This document shows positions 11,184-20,946 of a stretch of DNA of 64,000 bases, piece after piece (the stretch's first letter is position 1; every line of letters begins with the position of its first letter). The notes under the pieces were generated by a model. That model had not been told where the DNA came from. It did not search any database and worked only from the letters and a program-made list of their open reading frames with translations. The stretch comes from Camelus dromedarius (taxonomy: Eukaryota): the NCBI RefSeq assembly GCF_036321535.1, contig NC_087436.1, positions 36,582,001-36,646,000 of the forward strand, written 5' to 3'. The translations under genes and the position numbers were made by a program.

Positions 11184-13537
11184 CACGTTGATCTCCCACT
11201 GTGGATTGAGTGTGTTTCCTGCAGGGCCCAAATTCACACTTCACCACAGTGTGAATATATGTGCTTATACTTAATCTTGTTTATTTTTCCAGTATAATTG
11301 GAATTGTTTAAAAATTTTTTTTCTTATTTTCAATTTTTGACCTCTTCACCATTTTATTTCTTTTTGGAATGTCATTATTCTGCACGGAATAAATTCAGGT
11401 AATAGAATAGTCTGGGATGCTGTGGCATTATTTTGATACTCATTAGCTTGAGAATGATGTGTGATCTGACTAGTAGAACCGGTAGATAAGTGGTTGTTTA
11501 GAATGGTACTCTGTTCGTTGGCCTGCTCTGTTTGACTTGGCTCAGCAGTTTTATTCTGCATCTCAGAGTCTGTGCATCTTTCAGTATCATTCTGTGATTT
11601 TTCTTATCCTTACAGTATCTGTCAGACAATGTGAAAATACAGTTGACAGCAGTCCTAGCAGTGTTGATGAAGTGATCCATGTCAGAAGAAGATACATAAA
11701 TAAAATTTTGTCAAGTTCAATCTCAGAGAATGAGGAGAAAGGTGATGTTGAAGTTGAAAACATTGAGGAGGTTTTAGAACAATTAGTTGTAGAAGAAGAG
11801 GAAGAAATAGATGATGATGTTACTGGACAATACTCAGTGGAAAGAGTTTAGTGGCAGACACAAGTCGTTTATATTTACAGGAAAAAGTGGACTTCTGACA
11901 GAATTACCTTGTGATACCAGCTCAGGTGAAGTTCTTTCACTATCTTTAGATAGTGAAATACTAAACCTTTTGGTAAAGGAGACAAACATATGCAGAACAA
12001 AAATTACTTCAATATCTAAATATGGAATATAGTCAAATTAAGAGGTGGAAACCTACTTCTGAAGAAATTAAAAAATTCCTTGCTCTTCTGATTTGGATGG
12101 GTCTAGTGAGAAACCAATATTTATAACTAAATATTGGTCAAAAAACTCCCTTTACAATTTCGCATTGCCACATACCATGATATCTCGTGATCATTTTGAT
12201 TTATTATCAGATTTGCACTTTGCAAATAATGAAGCTATTGAAAGAAGTGATAGATTTGGAAAAATATCACTGTTGATAATTGATGGATTAATTCTTAGAC
12301 TGAAAATTATCAAAGAACTTTTTCACTGGGCCCAGATGTCATAATTGATGAGATGATGGTTCCTTGCAGGGGAAAGCTTATGTTTAGGTAGTATATACCA
12401 AATAAGACACACAAATATGGAATAAAATTATTTAAGTTATGTTCGACTGAAGGTTATACATGGTCAATAAAAATATATTCTGGACGAGAGAATAGTGGAG
12501 TCAGGCAAATTGGATTAGCTCAAAATGTTTTCAGTGAGCTTGCAGAAAAATTACTGAATGAAGGACATACCTTGTATGTAGATAACTTCTACACCAGGTA
12601 CTAATTGGCCCTGAAATTTTTCGTTTGAAAACTCATGTTGTTGGGACTGTATGGCACAATAAGTTTATTTTGAAAGATGTTATGTCCATCCACTAAAAAG
12701 AGGTGAAATGGTTTTGCAAGAAGATGACAATGGAATTGTCATCCTGAAATGGAAAGATATTCAGGATATAAGAATACTTTCGACAAAACACACAACCATT
12801 ATGGTACTGGTTCAAATTCATCTGCTCGTCGCCGCAATCTTACAAAAATGAAGCCACTAGCCATACTTGATTATAATAAAGGAACGTGTGAAATCAATAG
12901 AAGTGACCAGATGGTTTCATATGCAGTGATGTTATGAAAAAGTATTAAATGGTACCAGAAATTAGCACTACATCTACTTATTGGTATTTCTGTCATAAGT
13001 GCACATACTGTATATCCAGCAAAGGCAAATAAAAAGATTAAAATATCAGATAGGGAACTTTTAGTTAAGGAATGGTTATAGTCTCCAAATATTACATTCA
13101 ATAATATGCAAAGCGACAAAGCAGAAGCAATTCACAAATTCACAAAAATCTGCAAAGCAAAATAAGAAGAATGTGTGTTCTCTGTTATCAGAAAAGCAGG
13201 CAAACTTTGGAATGACAAAAAACTAGAAGAGATGTAAAAAAGACAGGAATATATTGTCCTAGTTGTCCAAAAACACTGCAATTTTGTATAAATTGTTTTA
13301 GTGAATATCGTAAGAAAATAATGTAATGTATAATTTTGTTCAAAAGAAATTTTTTATCTGTATATATATTTTTATGTTGTTACTATTAAATACTTGTATT
13401 ACAAATGAAAACTGTTGCAAATTACTTGTAAAAACCTCCATAATTGTATGAAGGAAAGTGTCACCCATATCTGGGTGATGGGGCCTCTGAGGAAACACAA
13501 CTGTCACCTAGATTTGGGTGACGTGGCAATCAGTGTG
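11184..13537 (+). mobile_element. Full-length decayed piggyBac DNA transposon
   Basis: TTAA at 11180-11183 and 13538-13541; TIRs CACGTTGATCTCCCAC vs revcomp CACACTGATTGCCAC; internal transposase remnant; removing it restores the L1 motif ctttcatcaTTAAgtatgattgttagctatagg. Confidence 0.93.
11616..13326 (+). pseudogene. piggyBac DDD transposase pseudogene (multiple stops and frameshifts)
   Basis: Acidic N-terminus; SEILNLLVKETN; YWS..SRDHF..LHFANN; IIDEMMVPCRGK (D 12347); YIPNKTHKYGIK; LYVDNFYT (D 12581); WKD..LSTKH; KPLAILDYNKG..INRSDQ (third D is N, 12896); KWYQKL; C-terminal CVLC...CPSC...CINCF; stop 13324-13326; start approximate. Confidence 0.92.
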
Positions 13538-16500
13538 TTAAGTATGATTGTTAGCTATAGGTTTTTCAGCTTAGAAAAGTCTTTTCTGTTCCTAATTTGG
13601 TGAAGCTTTAAAAAAAATCATTAATGGATGTTGAATTTTGTTGAATGCTTTTTCTGTATCTATTGAGATCTTCTTTTAAAAGTTAGTTTGTTAACACAGT
13701 GAGTTATATTGATTTTCAAATGCTGAGCCATCCTTGAATTCCTGGGGTGAACTTCATTTTGGTGTTACATATTATGCTTTTTATATATTGCTGGATTCAA
13801 TTAGCTACTATTTTGTTGAGGATTTTTGTGTTCATGAGGAATATTGGGCTATCGTGTTCTTTCCTTGTGATGTCTTTGGTTTCAGTATTCGGATAATTTG
13901 GCCTCATAGAATCAGTTGGGAAGTGTTCAGTATTCTTTTACTTTCTGAAGAAGATTAAGTAGAATTACTATTATTTCTTCCTTGACTGTTTTGTATTTTC
14001 CAGTAAATTTTTTGGACGGTTTTTAACTACAAATTCAATTTCTTTAATCAATATACAACTATTTAGGTTATCTGTTTCTTAGATGAGTTTTGGTATTTTG
14101 CACCTTTTACAAGATTAGTCCACTTCATCTAAGTTTTGTGTAATTGTGTCAAATTTATGGCCAGATAATTTTTAATTATCTTAATATGTGTGGGATAGTG
14201 ATATCCTTTCCTTTATTTCTAATATTAGTAACTTGCATCTACTTTACCTGGGCTAGAGGTTGATCAATTTTATTGATGTTCTCAAAGAAGCAACTTTTGG
14301 TTTTACAGATTTTTTTCCTCTTATTTTCCTGTTTAAATTTTATAGATTTCTGCTCTAATATTTATTATGCCCTTCCTTCTTCTTGCTTTGGATTTGTTAC
14401 TTTCTCTCTAATTTCTTTACTTCCAAGGTTAGTTTACTGATTTCAGATCATCTTTTCTAATATGAATTAATTCTATAAATTTCCCTCTACGCACTGCTTT
14501 ACTTGCATTCCACAAATTTTGATACACTATATTTTCATTTTAATTTAGTTTAAAAAGTTTAAAACTTCCTTTGGGACTTCTTCTTTGCCCCTTGGCTTAC
14601 TTAGAAGTGTGTTGTTTAGTTTCCAAGGATTTTTCAGATATCTAGTTTAATTCTGTTATGGTTTGAGACCTACTGTGTATGATTTCTATTTTAGATTTGT
14701 TAAAGTTTGTCTTACGGCTAAGTATGTCTTACGGCTAAGTGAATGTTCTATTTGAACTTGGAAAGCATCTATATTCTGCTGTTGGTGGTTAGAGTGTTTT
14801 ATAAATACCAACTAGGTCAGGTTGGCTTTTAGTGTCATTCAGGTCATCTGTATTCTTATTCATTTTCTTCCTACTTGTTCTGTTAATTACCCAGAGTGGC
14901 ATGTTGATACCTCCAGCTATGGTTGTGGATATATTTATCTTTTAGTATCTATCAGTTTTTGCCTCATGTATTTTGAAATTCTGTTGTTAGGTGTGTACAC
15001 ATGTAGGATTATTACGTCATCCTGAATTGGCCACTTATGTCACATCCCTCTTTGTCCTGATAATATTCCTTGTTGTGAAGGTTCTTTTGCCTAAAGTTAA
15101 TATATCTACTTCAGTTTTCTTTTGGTTAGTGTTTTCATAATATGTATCCTTTTTTTTTCAATGTCTCTGTGTATGTATAAAGTGAATTTATTATTGTTAG
15201 GATATAATTAGTTCTTGCTTTTTTATTCAATCTAATAATCTTTTGTTTTTTTACTGGTGTATTTAGGCAATTCACATTTAAAATGATTATTAATGTGGTT
15301 GGATTAAAATCTTTCATCTTAAGGTTAGCTGTTTTCTATTCCATTTTTTCCCTGACTTCTCTGGGTTTAATTGTACATTTTTATGATTCCATTTCATCTT
15401 GTCTATTGACTTAATATTTATGTCTTTTAAAAACTTTTTTAGTAGTTGCCCTAGAATTTACAGTAATTTTAAACTAGGTCAACCTTCAGATATTATAACA
15501 TCTAACATGTGAGTATTATCTTATTATAGTCCCAATTCCTCCTTTATATGCCGTAAGCACAATATACTGATAGTTTTTCTGGTTTTTGCTTTACACTGTT
15601 AATTATCTTTTATAGCAATTAAAAACAAGAAAGATATTTTTGTTATCCTCATTTACTCCCCTTTCAACACTCTGCATGTCTTTATATAGATCCAAGTTTC
15701 TGACTGTATTATACTCATTTAGAAGTTCCTGCTCTTTTTCAGATGTAATGTTGGGACTAGTTCTCCTAGTGGTAGAACTTTTTTTTTCTTTTTATTCTCC
15801 TCCAGTTTCAGTGACTTTCCACCAGTGGCCTCAGGCAACAGTTTTGTTGCCTTTCCTCTGCAGATTAAATTTTTATTCCTTAGGAGATATAGAGGACATA
15901 GACCTGGGCTGAGTTTCAGTGGTGGCCGTTCTTCCCAGTCTCTAGCCAGCACCATAGGGGAAGCTTTTTCATGATTCACCTTGATTTACCCTGTGAGCAT
16001 CTTGTGGGATTTGTGGGGAGAAAGCTTGTGGGAAGGCACAAAATCCCCTATGTCTGGCCCCCCAGGGCATCACAGTCTTACTCTTGCCTGTGCTCAGCCT
16101 GTAACAATTAGTTAAAAATTACTGGCTGAATCTTATTAGCTTGTATGGCATTTGTGAGTATGTGGCCCAAGTAAGCAAATGCTCAGGTCCTATTTATCCT
16201 TATGCCTGTCTCTCTTCAGATTTCGTGTTAGTTGTTTACACTGTGACCTCAGTTTTCTGATGGGTTCAAGAAAAATTGTTAATTTACAGTGTGTCTAGCT
16301 TTTTTACTCTAATGATGAGCACAGTGCTTTTTACCAGTTCTCTACCTCTCCAAGCTGAAACTTTTAGTTCTCTGATATTTTTAAATGAATGATTTTGAGC
16401 CTTAAATTCCTAGGATTTTATCTTGGGTACATTTAAAAAGAATGATATAACACACCAACTACCCTGATTCTGGCCCTGCTACAGGCTGGCTTTTACAGTT

Positions 16501-17719
16501 ACCATAGTTGACCTGTTTTACCTGGGTAAATTTATACCTATTGTCCCTTCCTTTTTGGTTTCAGCCACAATCAGCATGTTAAGTTTAGCATGTGAAGGCT
16601 GTAGCAATACAGTATAATGTTTTGGGCCCTATTTTTTTTTTAAGTGATTACAATATTCATACAGCCAGAGTCTGATAAATTTTAATTAAGATTTATCTGA
16701 CTTAGACTCTGGGACCAATAATCCACATAATCTGCATAAAATTCCCAGTGAATTATACAGTAAAATAAAAAGTTTAAGTAATTTAGTGTTTAAGGCATTT
16801 CAGTGTAATTTAAATGATCTTGTATTTCAAAGCTATGTGAATGTTGTTTATGTATTAAGTAAACTTCCTCAGATTTGATACCATATAAATACCACTCTTA
16901 ACAAATGATTGATTGCCTAGTGTATACATGAAAATACACCAGATTTAAATCCTTGCTTTCCGATTTTGACATATTGACGTACATTTAACTAAATACCAAA
17001 TGGTCCAAAATACACTGTATAACTTGAAGGACATTTTGGCAGCTGTTGAACTTTCATCCTTCATACTTGACATGACTGCCCTTATTATTTGGCAAGGAAA
17101 GCTATGGGAAATGGAATGATAGTGACATCCTCATCTCATACATGACACCATCATTAACCCAGTTGCTCAAGCCCAAAACCCAGGAGCAAGGTCATAGTGT
17201 AAGGTTGTGAACAAGGACACAGAGCCAAGGGGGCACATGGGCCTGAAGTTCACATGCCTTGGTTTGGAGCTTCTTTGGCCTGACAAACAAATGTTCTTTT
17301 TAATTTCTAATCTAATAAATATAATTACCCTGACTATGCCCAGGAACTATCATTGACTTCTTTCTTTCCAAGCCTTAGTCTACATTTGGTTCTTTTGACT
17401 CTGTTTCTATAACATGTCCTGAAAGTTCATTTCTCACCATTTCCATTACTACCAAACCTAGTCCAGGCAACCATTCTTTCTTTTGGCGACTTTTGTGGTA
17501 GCCTTCTGACAGGTCTTCCTGCTTCCTACTCTTGCCCCTGTAATCTACCAGTTAGCCATTTTCCATTTTTCTTTCAAAAGAATGTTTAGAAGAATTATTT
17601 AGATCTGAGAAAGAAGTGGGTGAAGATAAATGAATATGTGAGAGGCAATGTTAGATAATGACCAAGTAATGAGTTTTCAGAGTTAGCACAGTGTTTTAAT
17701 TTAGGCATTGCTGTTCATT

Positions 17720-18030
17720 TGCTTTTTCATCCATTCACTAATGTAGGCAACAAATACATTGAGTGTCTACCATGCACCACTGGTTTAGGCCCTGGGGATA
17801 CAACAGTGAACAAACAGAAAAAAAAAAAAAAATCCTGGCCTCCACGGAGCTCACAATCTAGTGTGAGACAATGAAAACATAAATAAATAAAATTATACAA
17901 TGTTAGTGAGAAGTGCTAAAAGGTAATGATAAAGCAGAGAAAGGAGACATACAGTTATAGAGAAGGGAGTTAAAATTTCAGATAGGATATTTAAGGAATA
18001 CCTCACTGAGAAGACTTCTGTTAAAAACTT
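17720..18030. mobile_element. L2 fragment
   Basis: caaatacattgagtgtctaccatgc...ccctggggatacaacagtgaacaa...gagctcacaatctag L2-like motifs. Confidence 0.6.
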
Positions 18031-19594
18031 GAAGACAATTAACCTTGGTCAGTTACCTGGCCCTCTGAGCTTCAATTTCTTCATGTGCAAAATAAGCTGA
18101 TTATTGTCCACTACCAGAGAGCATCCTTATTCTTTTTTCTTACAGTTTCATATTATTCCACCTAAGTGGGTCTGTCATATTTTATTTAACCTATCTTCTG
18201 TTGATAGACGTTTGAATTGTTTCAAACCATTTACTATGAAGAGTACTGCAATAAATATTCTTACATAATTATTTCACACATACATGGATATATCCAGCAT
18301 TGGGATTGTTCAGTAAGAGATTATATGCCTTTGTAATTTTAACAGCTGTTGCCTAATTGTCCTCCATGGGGGTTGTTCCAGTTTACATTCCTAGAAGCAA
18401 TGTACAAATACGGCTTTCTCATAGCTTGTCTAATAGAGCCACAGAAGTTTTGAACAGTTACAGATTTGTTTTAAATTGCCCTTTTCTTTTTACAGCATTA
18501 TCACGGTTAGTACCAGAGATAAAATTTATACTTATGTCATTTTTTGGTAATCTCATTTCTATAATATTTAAAGGCATAGGAAATTTTTAACATTTAAAAC
18601 TCAGTAGCACATTGTTTCTTTGAAGCAGAGAATTAATATGTCAATTATGACTCAAGAAACTAATTTTAACATTGTAAAATGACTATAACTCAATAAAAAA
18701 AGGAATATAAAAAGAAAAAGAAAAAGAGAGCTTAGCTCTGAAGAGACAACAATTTATTGGCCAGAACTGGTCACATGATCCCACCCAACACCAGGGGCTA
18801 GGAAGTACAGTCTTACCAGGTGCACCCGTGGACAGAGTTGGACACAACTGATGAGAAGTGTTAAAAGCAGTGTTAATGACTATCACATGGACACATATGT
18901 GGTATTGTCAGGGAATATGAGCTGGAGCAGTCCAGGAAGGCTTCATGGAGGAAAGGGGCTCAAACAAGGCTCTGAAGACTAGGCAAGATCCAGATAGACA
19001 GAAAAAGGAAAGGCACTGCCGACAGGAAAGACGCCCAAGTCAAAGCCAGACACTGGGAATGAAGCTGGTACAAGGCAGTCAGGTGGGGGTGGGGAGGGTG
19101 GGCTAAAACTGCAGGATTTGGTTATTTTACCAACCAGATGCTGATCCTTTCACAATGTCAAGCAAAACTGATCCAGCGGGCCAAGATGACAGGTAGGGCT
19201 CTGGCAACCCTGGCCTCTTCGCCTGTGCCTTTGTTTTTTCACCTTTCCATTCGAGAAATTTTGAAACTTACACAAAGGGTTGCAAAAATAAAAATAGTAA
19301 ATATTCTCCCCCCCCCAATTTTTTTTTAGTTATTTTGTTTCATGAAGTAACTATCTTAGATACTTCTCTGGTAAGCTTGACTAATAAAAATAATGTACCT
19401 ATAGCTTCCAACTGTAGGGGTGACTAGGGGGGATATAGTGATAAAGCAGATGATGGATAAGATGGTCTAGCAGAAAGAATAAAAAATTGTGTATTCTATT
19501 CTAAAATAGTGACTCTAGACACTAGGGTTTTGGTTTTAGTTGTGTTACTAAATTGCTGTGTGATCTTAGCAGTTCTTAATTCCTCTACTGACAC

Positions 19595-19647
19595 TGTGTG
19601 TGTAGAGAGACACACACACACACACACACAACCCCCCCCCCCCCCCC
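19595..19647. repeat. Compound microsatellite (TG)n(AG)n(AC)n + poly-C
   Basis: Directly visible. Confidence 0.9.
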
Positions 19648-20245
19648 GCTAAGTATCTTCACTCTGGAATTGTTTTTAATCTGGCCCAGATAATAATGCC
19701 TTATCTACCTAAGTGCAAGAGGCTCCACCAGAGGCTTTCTTGAGATGTTTTCTACCTCATAGTTCTTCAGTTATACTGTTTACCCAACCTTTAAACCAAC
19801 CGTATTGACTTGGCTAGATTTCAAACTTGAGTTGTGATGAACAGTATGATAGTTACCTTTGAATATTATTTTAGATTTTGCTATTCTTTTTAAAAATCTT
19901 TTTATTTATTATACTTGAATATGTATACTACATTATACATATTCATAGGCACAAAGAATACATATAAACATATAAAGAATATAGTATAATAAAGCAAATA
20001 GCTGTGTATTCACTAATAGCTTAAGAAATAGAATATCTAATATCTCTGAAGCCTCTGCTGTTCCTCTCCCTAATTGTATCCTCCTTGAGCTAATTTTAAT
20101 AAGTATGTATTACCTTCTATTGATCTTCTGTGATACCTATGAAAACCGACACAGGGTTAGCATCATTAATTATAAAAATAAGCTATAAAAGAAAAGTCTC
20201 AAACACAGACTGAAACCAGTAGTTACAAACAATACTTTAGTGGTA

Positions 20246-20251
20246 TTTATT
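20246..20251 (-). terminator. BLTP1: BLTP1 polyadenylation signal AATAAA
   Basis: tttatt on plus about 480 nt past the stop, followed on minus by GU/U-rich sequence. Confidence 0.75.
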
Positions 20252-20729
20252 CACATCACAATTACTCATACTATATACAAATAGGTATTTATACAAGTCT
20301 ACATTTTAAAAAAAAGAAAAAGCAATTAAAGACCAAAAAAGTCACATTATCAACAAGATTTTTTCTAAAAGTTATGGCCAATAACAAAGGAAGTTCACAG
20401 TTATTCGAAAATATTTTAAAGATGCAGGAGTCATATTGCACATTATATAATTATAAACCCTACTGAGCAGATTTGTGTATTTTAATCTAATTTTTCACAA
20501 AATTTACATTATCATGCAATACTTCACTGTATACAAGAATGGTGGAACTAGAATAAACAGGTTAACTTATAAACTTTTAATACAATGGCCACAAAATTAG
20601 AATTTTTTTAAGTTATATTTAAAATAATTTTACTATACAAAAAACAAAACAACAAACAACCCCACCACTCCAGTGTAATAAAAGCTTAACAGACAGAATC
20701 AAAATTTGTTCACAGATCAGGTTACTTTT

Positions 20730-20946
20730 TTAGTGTTCTTCTTTGTCTTTTCCTTTCTTTTCCTTTTCATCCTGTAATGCAGTACCCAGTTTTTTAATAA
20801 GGACTGACAGAACCTTATCCAGTGGGTCCATGACTCCTCTTTGAAGCCATTTAGGAATAGTAGTCCTGGCATGATGAAAGCCCAATTTTTGAAGAATATA
20901 ATCAACACCTACTGGATCAATCTTTCTTCCAGTCCAAGAAATTAAT
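20730..20946 (-). CDS. BLTP1: BLTP1 last coding exon
   Basis: LISWTGRKIDPVGVDYILQKLG...KDKEEH* TAA 20730-20732. Confidence 0.93.

Larger units (their letters stand above)
9968..16360 (-). mobile_element. Old L1 (ORF2 fragments), interrupted by a Tigger MITE and the piggyBac
   Basis: Minus ORF 9942-10199 (STSLDIREMPIKTTIRYHL) and 15135-15317 (IIILNVNCLNTPVK, endonuclease start) are L1 ORF2-like; collinear across the insertions. Confidence 0.75.

Noticed and set aside
11537..13326. Functional domesticated PGBD gene
   Set aside because: Multiple stops and frameshifts, mutated third Asp, and retained TIRs/TSD indicate a dead transposon copy.
14708..14741. Short tandem duplication tgtcttacggctaagt x2
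   Set aside because: Local slippage duplication inside an old L1; not an array.
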